Shown here: in pieces, positions 19,544-28,517 of the stretch
How positions within the stretch are numbered: the first letter of the stretch is position 1
Layout: the number at the start of each line of letters is the position of its first letter
Origin: Anaerolineales bacterium
Lineage (GTDB): Bacteria; Chloroflexota; Anaerolineae; Anaerolineales; UBA11579
DNA length: 64,000 nucleotides
Assembly (NCBI GenBank): GCA_019637805.1
Contig: JAHBVB010000001.1
Location: 969,875-1,033,874, forward strand
Direction of reading: 5' to 3'
Position numbers and translations under genes: made by a program
The notes under the pieces: generated by a model
What the model was told of the DNA's origin: nothing
The model's database searches: none
What the model saw: only the letters and a program-made list of their open reading frames with translations

Positions 19544-20454
19544 TTGCTGCTCAGCTCGCCAATCACCACAATGCGCTGCGTATCCACCCGGTAAGGGTAG
19601 CAGCTGATCAAGGTCAGTGTCGCCTGCGGGGTGGGCGCCAGCACTTCCACAGCTGTGGGGGCGACGATGCGTGTTTCCACGATCTTGTAAGTGTAGGTGC
19701 GGCTGGCGGTGAAAATCACGATCTCGTCGCCGGGCTGCAGTTCATCCAGGTGGCGAAAGACCTCGCCGTAAATATCGTTATGCCCACTCAGCACCAAATT
19801 GCCGGTTTGGCCGGGGTTGGCGCTGCCAATGTGCTGGCCCACGCCGCGTTTGAGCGCTTCCCAATCGTCGCCCAACACCACGGGCGCATTGACCCCGATC
19901 CTCTCGATGCGGATGCCCAGCGCCTGCTCCGGCCCCGGAGTAGGCGCCTGCAGCGAGGCCAGATAGGCTTGCATTTGCGGGCGCAAATGCTCGGGGATTT
20001 CGGCTTCGTTCGGGCGCGCCGCGCCGCTCTGGCCGGGCGGGGTGTGGCCGGAGGGCAACACCACCGGGCCGATGATCGGCGCCGCGCTGGCCTCCCCGCC
20101 CAGCTGAAAGGCGGCCGAGAGTTCTTTGTTCAAGTTGTCCAGCACGCTCAGCCCGTTGAAGAAGATATAGACCAGACCCAGTACCGCCAGGATTTCCACG
20201 ACCAGCAAAGTCCGGTCCAGGCGGCTGGGCCCCCCGCTGGCCAGGCGCAGGCCGGGCGCGGGGTGTACCTGTGGGCCATTCAGCGGGTCGCCTTGCGGCG
20301 GCTCGGCGGCGGCCGCCTGGCTGGCAGCCAGTTCGCCATCCTGACTGAAGCGCTGCAGGCGCCGGGCGCGGTCTGCCCGCCGGCGTTCCAGCAGCTGGCG
20401 GCGCAGTTCGCTTTCACTCAGTTCCGGGGGGTTATTCCTGCCCATCACGGGCAT
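19540..20454 (-). CDS. Sortase family transpeptidase
   Basis: 'LSGHNDIYGEVFRHL' (catalytic His) and 'TLISCYPY' (TLxTC-type Cys), with an N-terminal TM anchor. Start ATG 20454 overlaps the GT4 3' end by 23 nt. Confidence 0.85.
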   Translation of the reverse strand: MPVMGRNNPPELSESELRRQLLERRRADRARRLQRFSQDGELAASQAAAAEPPQGDPLNGPQVHPAPGLRLASGGPSRLDRTLLVVEILAVLGLVYIFFNGLSVLDNLNKELSAAFQLGGEASAAPIIGPVVLPSGHTPPGQSGAARPNEAEIPEHLRPQMQAYLASLQAPTPGPEQALGIRIERIGVNAPVVLGDDWEALKRGVGQHIGSANPGQTGNLVLSGHNDIYGEVFRHLDELQPGDEIVIFTASRTYTYKIVETRIVAPTAVEVLAPTPQATLTLISCYPYRVDTQRIVVIGELSSN

Positions 20455-21652
20455 TATAGCCCTGGGCTTCGACAATCGTTTGCAGCTGGCGGGCCAGCGC
20501 TCTGCGCGAAAAGTGCGCCTGCAGGTAGGCGCGCCCGGCGCGGCCCATGGCACGCGCCCGCTGCGGGTCGACAGCCATCTGGCGGATGGCTGCGGCCAGC
20601 GCGTCCGGGTCGCCGGGGGCTACGAAGACGCCCGCCCCGGCGGCTTCGACCACTTGGCGGATGACGCCGTCGATCGCCAGCACGATCGGTCGGCCGGCGG
20701 CCAGGTAATCGAAGACTTTGTTGGGGTAGACCGTGGCATAGAGCTTGAGCGGCTTGAGGATCGCCAAACAAGCGTCGGCAGCGGCCAACGCCTCGGCCAT
20801 CTGCTCTTTGGGCACCGGCGGCAGGAAGATCAGATTGTCCAGGCCCAGGTCTGCCGCCTGGCTTTGTAGTGCAGGCTTATCCTTGCCATCGCCCAGCAGG
20901 ACGATGCGGATCTCAGGCTGGTCACGCAGCTGGTCGGCGGCCGCCAGCGCCACCCCCAGGTCGTTGGAGAGGCCGTGCGCCCCAGCGTACAGCACCAGGA
21001 ACTTGCCTTGCAGTGCGTGACGCTGGCGGAAAGCCTCCCCGTCCGCCTGGGGATCAAACATAGCTTCGTCGGCCCCATTGGGCACCAATTCGGCTGTGCG
21101 CCCGCTGCGCTGGCGGATGTGCTCCACAAACCCAGGCGAATTGGCGATCAGTACATCGGCTTGGCGATATAGGAAGCGTTCCAGCCACTCCGAAGCCCGG
21201 ATCAGCAGTCGGTTGCGCAGCACGCCGACTTCCACAGCGAAGGCCGGCCACAGGTCGCGCACCTCCAGCAAGAAGCGCGCTCGCTTCAGCCGCGCCAGCG
21301 CCCAGGCGGTGACGGCCTGGAAGATGGGCGGCGTGGTGCCCCAAACCAGGTCTACCTTGCGCACGCGCAAGCCGATAAAGAAAGCACTGGCGGTGAAGGA
21401 GAAGAAGCTGAGCAGGCGGTGCACAAAGCTGCGGTGCAGGGCGCGGTAGGTGGCCGCCCGCAGGATGGTCAGCCCCTCCGGCAGGACCGCCTGGCTGCCC
21501 ACCTGCTCCGCGCCGGTCAGGTAACTGACCGGGCTGGCGATGACCGTGACGCGGTGACCCTGCGCCACCAGGTGGCGGGCGAACTCGGCGTGGCGCGTGC
21601 CGCCAGGCTGGTCCAGGTCTACAAAGGCTTGGTGAATCAGCAGGATGTGCAT
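20432..21652 (-). CDS. Glycosyltransferase family 4 (GT-B)
   Basis: 406 aa; N-terminus 'MHILLIHQAF...GGTRHAEFARHL'; C-terminal nucleotide-sugar binding region 'VYPNKVFDYLAAGRPIVLA'. Confidence 0.88.
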   Translation of the reverse strand: MHILLIHQAFVDLDQPGGTRHAEFARHLVAQGHRVTVIASPVSYLTGAEQVGSQAVLPEGLTILRAATYRALHRSFVHRLLSFFSFTASAFFIGLRVRKVDLVWGTTPPIFQAVTAWALARLKRARFLLEVRDLWPAFAVEVGVLRNRLLIRASEWLERFLYRQADVLIANSPGFVEHIRQRSGRTAELVPNGADEAMFDPQADGEAFRQRHALQGKFLVLYAGAHGLSNDLGVALAAADQLRDQPEIRIVLLGDGKDKPALQSQAADLGLDNLIFLPPVPKEQMAEALAAADACLAILKPLKLYATVYPNKVFDYLAAGRPIVLAIDGVIRQVVEAAGAGVFVAPGDPDALAAAIRQMAVDPQRARAMGRAGRAYLQAHFSRRALARQLQTIVEAQGYNARDGQE

Positions 21653-21653
21653 A

Positions 21654-23630
21654 TTAGTCCGGCAGCGTCCACTGTGTAGTCAGCGTGAGCGGCGCGGCGG
21701 CTTCAATATCCGCCAGCAGGGCCAGCGCCGGTCGCTTGCTGGCGTAGCTGGGGGAATACCAGCCCAGCGTGGGCGCCGCCTGGGCTTTGCCCGCCAGGCG
21801 CCGCCCGGCGCGCAACAAGGACAGCGCCGGGGCCAGCGGCTCGCCAGACACGGCCAGCAGGACCGTGCCGTCCGGACCCTGCAGGGCCAACAGGTTGCCC
21901 TGCAGCTCCCACGGCCAATCCGGCAGCAGCCAGTGCAGGCGCACTTGGTGGCGGTTCGTGGCGGGGTGGGTGCTGTAGACCTCGTCGCGCACACTCCACA
22001 GGCTGCCTCGCACTTGCACGCTGCGGCGGTGGCGCAGGCCCAGGCTGCGGTAGCCGTCGTGTTGGGCGGCGGCGGATACCAGCCGGCCGGCGCGGTCGCG
22101 GCGCTGCTCCAGCACCTCGGCCTGTGCCCAGTCTAGCCATAAAAAGCGGCTGGCGCGGGTCATTTGGTCGCGCCCGTCGATCGTGAGCGTATTGTGCACG
22201 GCGCTGCCCGCCAGTGCATTGTCCCAGGGGACAGCGGCTGTGTAGAAGTAGGTGCCTGGGTCAGCGGCCAGGTTGTGGCCGCGCCACCATAAGTCCAAGT
22301 GCAGCTGGTCGGCGTGGCCGGGGCGCTCTTCAAAGCGAGCGGCGCGCAAATAGGCCCAGGCTCGGCTGCTTTGCAGCCGCAAAGGGCCGGCCGTGTTGCT
22401 GGAGGGCTTGGAGGCTTTGCCTGGCTTCCAGCCCAGCCAGAGCGCCAGGTCATCCCAGGCGCCGCGCGGCAAACTGGCCTGGCCCCTGGTGGCGACATGG
22501 GCGGCTTGCAGCACCGGCCGAAAGTCCGCAAACGGCAGGGCGCTGAGCGGCAGCACATAGGCGCCGTCGTTGGGGCCTAAGTTGGGGACTTGGCCGCTGG
22601 CTTCGTCCAACAAGGTCTGCAGCCAGCCGGCCGCCGCGGCCAGGCGCTGGCTCGTGGCCCGGGGCAGGGGCTGACCGCTGTGTCGAGTGAGTATCTGAGC
22701 CCAGCAGGCCAGGCTGAGCATCAGCCGCTGGTAGTTGCTGCTGTGCTGGGCGTAAGCGCCGTCAGCATGCACCTGTCGGGCAATGCCTTCATTAAAAGCG
22801 GCCCAACCCTGCTGGGCCCAGCGGCCCGCCTGCGGGTGGCTGGGCAGGGCTGCCGCGGCGGTGGCCAGGCCCAGCCCTTCGCTGAGCAGGTGGTTGTTGT
22901 TCTGGGCGCGGGCATAGTCCAAAGTCGGCGGGATGCGCTCAGCGTGCCGGGCCATGGCCTGCACCAGGGCCGCCTGCCGGGCGGGCGTGCTGGCCTCGGC
23001 GCCGGCCAGCAGGCTGTAGCAGTAAGCCCAGTGGATCAGGCGCAGGGCCACCTCCTGCGCCGAGGACCAGTGCGGGCCGCAGTTGGCCGGGTTGGCGGCG
23101 TTGAAGCGCTCGAACAGCCGCCAAAAGCTCTCGGCATGGCTTTCCTCGCCGCTCAGCCAGTAGGCCTGAGCCAGGCGCGTCGCCCAGCCGAAGCGGCCCG
23201 CTTCCCAGACAGGCTTGATGTCGCTGCCGTCCGGCAAATGACTGTGATAGCGCAACCAGTGCCCCAATGGCTTTTTTGGGGTCAGCCTCAAGGATCGTTC
23301 TGGCCCATCAAAAAGGCGGGCACGACCTTTGGCCGCGGCCTGCGCGTCTGCCAACAGCCGCTTTTGTCCGTCTTGGCCCAGGCTGCGGCGGATTTGGGCG
23401 GCGGCCGCGGGCTGCAGCAGCACCTGCGGCGCAGCGGGCAGGGGATCAGGCTGGGGGCGCCCGCCGGGCGGGGTTTGCCTGCGCAGCCAGCCGCTGCGCA
23501 GGCGTAGCTGGTAGCCGGCGTAGGGTAAGACCGCCGCCGGACCCAATTGGCGGGCGGTTTTGACCAGAGTCTGAAGTTTCGGTGTCCGAACCATGCGCGC
23601 GGCCATCTTACCATTTTGGGGCATGACCAA
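21654..23630 (-). CDS. Heparinase II/III-like (alginate-lyase superfamily) protein
   Basis: 'NNHLLSEGLGL', 'HADQLHLDLWWRGHNLAADPGTYFY' and 'HNTLTIDG'. The start may be an internal ATG (23606 or 23594), because 23630 overlaps the divergent FHA gene start. Confidence 0.78.
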   Translation of the reverse strand: MVMPQNGKMAARMVRTPKLQTLVKTARQLGPAAVLPYAGYQLRLRSGWLRRQTPPGGRPQPDPLPAAPQVLLQPAAAAQIRRSLGQDGQKRLLADAQAAAKGRARLFDGPERSLRLTPKKPLGHWLRYHSHLPDGSDIKPVWEAGRFGWATRLAQAYWLSGEESHAESFWRLFERFNAANPANCGPHWSSAQEVALRLIHWAYCYSLLAGAEASTPARQAALVQAMARHAERIPPTLDYARAQNNNHLLSEGLGLATAAAALPSHPQAGRWAQQGWAAFNEGIARQVHADGAYAQHSSNYQRLMLSLACWAQILTRHSGQPLPRATSQRLAAAAGWLQTLLDEASGQVPNLGPNDGAYVLPLSALPFADFRPVLQAAHVATRGQASLPRGAWDDLALWLGWKPGKASKPSSNTAGPLRLQSSRAWAYLRAARFEERPGHADQLHLDLWWRGHNLAADPGTYFYTAAVPWDNALAGSAVHNTLTIDGRDQMTRASRFLWLDWAQAEVLEQRRDRAGRLVSAAAQHDGYRSLGLRHRRSVQVRGSLWSVRDEVYSTHPATNRHQVRLHWLLPDWPWELQGNLLALQGPDGTVLLAVSGEPLAPALSLLRAGRRLAGKAQAAPTLGWYSPSYASKRPALALLADIEAAAPLTLTTQWTLPD

Positions 23631-25500
23631 ATCACCAAAGCCGTATGCTAAAATCGGCGCGTTGAAACGTACTTTACTTGCGCTGGCCGTGGTGCTGGCT
23701 GCCCTGTGGCATAGCCACCCGGCGGCTGCGCAAACGGGGGCAACACTCCACCTAAGCCAGCTCGAAACCGAAGCCTTCCCTACAATTCTCGGCTACTTCA
23801 GCGCACGAGACGCCGCCGGACAGCCCATTCCCGGCTTAACCGTCGAGGACTTCCAGGTTTTGGAGAATGGCCTGCCGCGCCCGCTGTCCCAATTGCGTGA
23901 GGTGCAGCCGGGGCTGCGCATTGTCGTGGCGCTCAGCCCCACCGACGCCTTTACGATCCGCGATGCCCAGGCGCGCACCCGTTTTGACTACGTGCGCGAG
24001 GCCATGCTGACTTGGGCCGGCGGGTTGCCGCCCAATGACAGCGCTATGGGTCTGGTGACCAGCGCCGGCCCGCTGGTCACGGACGTGTCGTTGCCGCAGT
24101 GGTCCGGCGCCCTGACGGACTGGCTGCCTGCGCCCATGCCGGCTGCGGATCTGCAGCCGTTGGAACTGGCGCTGCAAATCGCCGCCCAGCCTGCTCCCCG
24201 GCCGGGAGCAGGCAGCGCCGTGTGGTGGGTAACCAGCTCCCCCTCCCTGGCGGATATGAGCGTGCTGGCCGGTTGGCAGCCCCAATTGGTCGAGCAGGGC
24301 ATCCCCTTGTTCATCTGGCAGATCGGCTCGGTTTCCAGCTTCTCCAGCGAAATCAGCCTGCAGTTGGCAGCCATGGCGCGGGCCACCGGCGGCCAATGGT
24401 TTGGCTTTTCGGGCGGCGAAGTCTTCCCCGCCCCTGAGGATTACTTCCGCGGCTTCCGCTCGGCTTACTTCTTCCAATACGATTCCACATTGCACAGTTC
24501 GGGCGCCCATGAAGTGCAGTTGCGCATGGACAGCCAGGCCGGGCAGGCCACGTCGGCTGCGCACAGCTTCAACCTGGAGATCGGCCCGCCCAACCCGATC
24601 CTGGTTTCTCCGCCGGTGCGCATTGAACGCCGCCCGTCCGAGGCCGACCCGCAGCAGCTGTCGCCCTTTAGCCAGCCGCTGGAAATCATTGTGGAGTTCC
24701 CCGACAATATTGAGCGCGGCTTGCAGCGCACTACGCTTTTCGTGGACGGCATGCAGGTGGCGGAAAACCGCAGTGCGCCTTTCACCCGCTTTGTCTGGGA
24801 CCTGAGCGGCTACACCAGCAGCCAGCCGGTCACTTTGCGGGTTGAAGCCCAGGACACCCTGGGGCTGATCGGCAGCAGTGTCGAGATCCCGGTGCAGATC
24901 GGCGTCAGCATTCCACCCTCCCGGCTGCAAACCCTGCTGGACCGTGGCGGCACCTGGCTGATGGCCGGGGGTGTGGTGTTGGCCGCCGGCGCGGTCCTGC
25001 TGGTCCTGGTGCTTTCGGGACGCCTGCGCCCGCGGCAGCCCGGGGCGCGCCGCCGCAGCCGGCGGGTCACGCCGCTCCCGGCGGCCGGCCCCGACCCGCT
25101 GAGCGATACGCCGTTATTGGATTCGATCGTTCCGCTGCCCTTTGATGGCGGGGAAGCGGCTGACAACCGGCCCCCGGCCTGGTTGCAGCGCCTCAATGTG
25201 CAGGAGGCTGACCAACCCGCCGAGGTCTTCCCGATTTTTGGCAGCGAAACCTTTATCGGGCGGGACGCCCAAAACAGCCTGGTGCTGGAGGATGACTCGA
25301 TCAGTGGGCGGCATACACAGATCAGCCATCAGCCTGATGGCACTTATACTGTGGCCGACCTGGGGTCGGAAGCCGGCACCTGGATCAACTATGCACCGAT
25401 CTCACCGGAGGGCAGCCAGCTGCAAGACGGGGACCTGCTGCATATTGGCCGGGTGGCCTTCCGCTTCTTGATCAATCCGAGCCGGGATGATTCCCTCTAA
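23623..25500 (+). CDS. FHA domain membrane protein (signal/TM, extracellular vWA-like and Ig-like regions, TM, cytoplasmic FHA)
   Basis: Internal ATG at 23623 ('MTKSPKPYAK'). C-terminal FHA 'FIGRDAQNSLVLEDDSISGRHTQI...DLGSEAGTWIN...GDLLHIGRVAFRF'. Confidence 0.85.
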   Translation: MTKSPKPYAKIGALKRTLLALAVVLAALWHSHPAAAQTGATLHLSQLETEAFPTILGYFSARDAAGQPIPGLTVEDFQVLENGLPRPLSQLREVQPGLRIVVALSPTDAFTIRDAQARTRFDYVREAMLTWAGGLPPNDSAMGLVTSAGPLVTDVSLPQWSGALTDWLPAPMPAADLQPLELALQIAAQPAPRPGAGSAVWWVTSSPSLADMSVLAGWQPQLVEQGIPLFIWQIGSVSSFSSEISLQLAAMARATGGQWFGFSGGEVFPAPEDYFRGFRSAYFFQYDSTLHSSGAHEVQLRMDSQAGQATSAAHSFNLEIGPPNPILVSPPVRIERRPSEADPQQLSPFSQPLEIIVEFPDNIERGLQRTTLFVDGMQVAENRSAPFTRFVWDLSGYTSSQPVTLRVEAQDTLGLIGSSVEIPVQIGVSIPPSRLQTLLDRGGTWLMAGGVVLAAGAVLLVLVLSGRLRPRQPGARRRSRRVTPLPAAGPDPLSDTPLLDSIVPLPFDGGEAADNRPPAWLQRLNVQEADQPAEVFPIFGSETFIGRDAQNSLVLEDDSISGRHTQISHQPDGTYTVADLGSEAGTWINYAPISPEGSQLQDGDLLHIGRVAFRFLINPSRDDSL

Positions 25501-26446
25501 AAAACCCCAATACCCCCTCTCGGTGGCTTCCCGCGCCATTGGCCATTTGAATGAGGACCGCTACGCGCTGGAGCACTACACCCTCAGCGAAGCCAACCCG
25601 AAACCCTCGTTGCTGACCATGGTGACCGACGGCATTGGCGCCAGCCGGGCCGGCCAGGTGGCCGCCCAACTGGCTGTGGATGCGGTGACCCGTCTGGTGG
25701 GGCAGAGTGATGCCAGCCAGCCCAGCGGCATCTTGCAGGCCGCCATCATCCAAGCCAGCCGGCTGATCCTGCAGCGTAGCGAAACCCGGCGCGAGTGGAA
25801 GGGCATGGGCAGCACCTGCCTGTGCGCCTGGCTGGTGGGCGACAGGCTGTATGCCGCCTCTGTGGGCAATGCGCGCCTCTACTTGATGCGCGGCGAGCGG
25901 CTGCAGCAGCTCAACCTGCCGCGCCTGCCGGAGAAAAATGCGCCGGCGCCGCGCAAGGACGCCGATGGCCTGCATGGTTATCTAGGCGCCAAAACGCCGC
26001 TGGATGTGGACCTGCGCCTGCACCCGGCTAGCGGCGGCCGGCCTTCCCTGCGCCAGCAAGGCATGCGCCTGCGGCCCAATGACCGCCTGCTGCTGTGCAC
26101 CAGCGGCCTGGGCGATGGCCTGCAGCCGGAAGAGATCGGCGAGACTCTGGCGGCAAGCCCCATCGAGGATGCGGCTGAGGCCCTGATACAGCGCGGCCTG
26201 AAAATAGGCCTGCCTGGGGACCTGACCGCCATTGTCATCGGCATGCCGCCCGCCATCCCGCCGCTGCAGGCGCGGCGCAGCCAGCGCCGGCGGCGCCTGT
26301 GGCGGGCTGGCTTGGTCGCTTTGCTGGTGTTGCTGGCCTTGCTGGCCTGGCAAGGCCAGCCTGATACGCCCGACTTGCTAGGTCCGTCCAGCCCCACCGC
26401 CATCCACACCCTGACCCCGCTGCCCACACACACGCCCAGTCGTTAG
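25487..26446 (+). CDS. PP2C-family Ser/Thr protein phosphatase with a C-terminal TM anchor
   Basis: 14-nt overlap with the FHA gene. 'MVTDGIGASRAG', 'GSTCLCAWLVGDRLYAASVGNARLYLMR' and 'LLLCTSGL'. Confidence 0.9.
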   Translation: MIPSKKPQYPLSVASRAIGHLNEDRYALEHYTLSEANPKPSLLTMVTDGIGASRAGQVAAQLAVDAVTRLVGQSDASQPSGILQAAIIQASRLILQRSETRREWKGMGSTCLCAWLVGDRLYAASVGNARLYLMRGERLQQLNLPRLPEKNAPAPRKDADGLHGYLGAKTPLDVDLRLHPASGGRPSLRQQGMRLRPNDRLLLCTSGLGDGLQPEEIGETLAASPIEDAAEALIQRGLKIGLPGDLTAIVIGMPPAIPPLQARRSQRRRRLWRAGLVALLVLLALLAWQGQPDTPDLLGPSSPTAIHTLTPLPTHTPSR

Positions 26447-26455
26447 CCTCATTGC

Positions 26456-27835
26456 TTGGACTGGCGCCCTGGCCTCGGCTATGATTGGTGGATGGCTTCC
26501 CCCCGCCTGCCTCGAGAGCCGCGTCTGGATGCTGCCGGCCGCCTGCGGCCCAGCTTGACAAGCTGGCTGCGCAAGCCGCTTTCGCCCGCCGCGCGGCGGC
26601 TGCTGGACTGGATCGCGGCCCAGGCGCAAGACCGCCCGCTGTACCTGGTGGGCGGCTTTGTGCGCGACCTGTTTTTGGCGCGCCCCAGCCTGGACCTGGA
26701 TGTGGTCATTGAAGGCGACGCCATTCAGTTTGGGCGTAAGCTGGTCAGGCAGCTGGGCGGTGATTTGCAGACCCACCCGGCTTTTCGCACAGCCGTTTGG
26801 CTCCTGCCCCAGCGTCCGGCGCTATTGGCGGGGATCAAGGGCAAGCTGCCCACCCACATTGACCTGATTTCTGCTCGCCGCGAGCGCTATCCGCAACCGG
26901 CAGCCCTCCCCCAGGTGGAACTGGCCGATCTGGCTGCGGACCAGGCCCGCCGCGATTTCAGCATCAATACTCTGGCGCTGCGTCTGAACGGCGAACAGGC
27001 CGGTCACCTGCACGACCCCTTTGGCGGGCTGGCGGACCTGCGCCGCGGCCTGGTGCGCACGCTGCATGCACAGTCTTTTGTCGACGACCCCACGCGTATG
27101 CTGCGCGCCCTGCGCTTTGCCGGGCGCCTGGGTTTCCGGCTGGCGCCGGCGACCCGCCAGGAGTTGGCCCGCCACCTGCCGGGTTTGGCGCAGGTTTCCG
27201 GTGAGCGCATCTTTCATGAACTGGAGCTTGCTTTGCAAGAGCGGCCGCGCGTGCCGATTTTGCAGGCCATGCAGCGCGCCGGGTTGTTGGGTGTTATCCA
27301 CCCCCAGCTTAGTTTTCCCAAACAGGCTGCTGCAGCACTGCAACCTCGCCCCAAGCCCCCGGCCTACTGGGGATTGTCCGCCGAAAGCGCCACCAGGGTC
27401 GACCTGGCCCTGTGGCTGATGTGGCTGCCGCTGCAGGCGGTGGAAGCCATCGCCGAGCGCCTGCGCTTTGAGGGCGAGCTGCGCCAACTGACCCTGGTCG
27501 CGGCCCGTCTGCACAGCGAACGCCGCCGCTTGGCGCGGTTGTCGCCCAGCGCCCTGGTGAGCCACCTCGAACGCCAGCCTCTGGCCGCCGTGTATGCCCT
27601 ATGGCTGACCGCTGGCAGCCCACTCACCGCCCAGTTGGAAGGCTATGCGCGCCGCTGGCGCCATGTGCAGCCGCACGCCGATGGGCACGCCCTGCGCCGG
27701 CGCGGCCTGCCGCCCGGCCCGGCCTATGCACACATCCTGGCCCGGCTGCGGGCCGCCTGGCTGGACGGCGAAGTGCGCAGCGCCCGCCAGGAAGCGGCCT
27801 TGCTGGAGGAACTGCTGCGTGAAGCTGGCCGCTAG
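26456..27835 (+). CDS. cca: CCA-adding enzyme / poly(A) polymerase family tRNA nucleotidyltransferase
   Basis: 'LYLVGGFVRDLFL..RPSLDLDVVIEG' (GG..DxD head) and 'RRDFSINTLA'. TTG start at 26456; alternative ATG at 26492. Confidence 0.82.
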   Translation: MDWRPGLGYDWWMASPRLPREPRLDAAGRLRPSLTSWLRKPLSPAARRLLDWIAAQAQDRPLYLVGGFVRDLFLARPSLDLDVVIEGDAIQFGRKLVRQLGGDLQTHPAFRTAVWLLPQRPALLAGIKGKLPTHIDLISARRERYPQPAALPQVELADLAADQARRDFSINTLALRLNGEQAGHLHDPFGGLADLRRGLVRTLHAQSFVDDPTRMLRALRFAGRLGFRLAPATRQELARHLPGLAQVSGERIFHELELALQERPRVPILQAMQRAGLLGVIHPQLSFPKQAAAALQPRPKPPAYWGLSAESATRVDLALWLMWLPLQAVEAIAERLRFEGELRQLTLVAARLHSERRRLARLSPSALVSHLERQPLAAVYALWLTAGSPLTAQLEGYARRWRHVQPHADGHALRRRGLPPGPAYAHILARLRAAWLDGEVRSARQEAALLEELLREAGR

Positions 27836-28370
27836 CGTTTACGCCGACCCTGCCTGGCTGCAGCGTGTGGTGATCCGCCTGGTGACCGCGGCCGACCTGC
27901 CCGCCTTGGAATGGGAGGGCGAGTACGTCCATTTCCGCCGGGTGTATGCCCGGGTCTTTGCCCGCATGCAGACCGGCCAAAGCCTGATGTGGCTGGCTGA
28001 GCTGCCCGGCGGCCCCGCCCTGGGGCAGGTCTTCGTGCAGCTGCACAGCGAGGCAGACCCCAGCGCCGCCGATGGCCGCCGCCGTGCTTACATCCATGCC
28101 TTTCGTGTGCGCCGTGCACTGCGCGGCCGCGGCCTGGGCAGCCAGCTGCTGACCCACGCCGAGGCTGATCTGTGGACGCGCGGCTTCCGGGAAGTGTGCC
28201 TGCAAGTGGCCGACGACAACCCGCATGCTCTGCGCTTGTATCAACGCCTGGGGTATGAGATTGTTGAGCCGGTGGCCGGTGATTGGACTTACTACGATCA
28301 CTTGGGCCGCTTACAGCAGATCAGCGAAATCGGTTGGCGTTTGCTGAAGACTTTACACACCGCAGATTAA
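27819..28370 (+). CDS. GNAT family N-acetyltransferase
   Basis: GTG at 27819 (17-nt overlap with cca); the track start at 27645 lies inside cca. Acetyl-CoA motif 'RVRRALRGRGLGSQLLTHAE'. Confidence 0.78.
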   Translation: MKLAASVYADPAWLQRVVIRLVTAADLPALEWEGEYVHFRRVYARVFARMQTGQSLMWLAELPGGPALGQVFVQLHSEADPSAADGRRRAYIHAFRVRRALRGRGLGSQLLTHAEADLWTRGFREVCLQVADDNPHALRLYQRLGYEIVEPVAGDWTYYDHLGRLQQISEIGWRLLKTLHTAD

Positions 28371-28391
28371 GCAAATTGCGTTCGCTTTCCC

Positions 28392-28420
28392 TTGCCATCG
28401 AAATTTTTTGATGCTACAAT
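28392..28420 (+). promoter_or_regulatory. Sigma70-like promoter of the nusA-infB operon
   Basis: TTGCCA (28392-28397), a 17-nt AT-rich spacer, then TACAAT (28415-28420). Confidence 0.5.
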
Positions 28421-28456
28421 TTCCACGTTCGGCAGCACCCCATAGTAGCAACGACC

Positions 28457-28486
28457 GGAAGTGGGCAACCCCCACTTTTCTGCTTA
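28457..28486 (+). terminator. Terminator-like hairpin in the nusA leader (possible attenuator)
   Basis: GAAGTGGG caac CCCACTTT followed by TCTGCTT. It lies between the promoter and the AAGGAG RBS (28502-28507). Confidence 0.35.
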
Positions 28487-28517
28487 ATTAGGGGTGGTCA
28501 CAAGGAGTTATACAGAG

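Noticed and set aside
28469-28497. Alternative antiterminator pairing between CCCCCAC and GGGGTGG in the nusA leader
   Set aside because: On checking strand polarity the two segments are not complementary, so only the terminator-like hairpin is reported.
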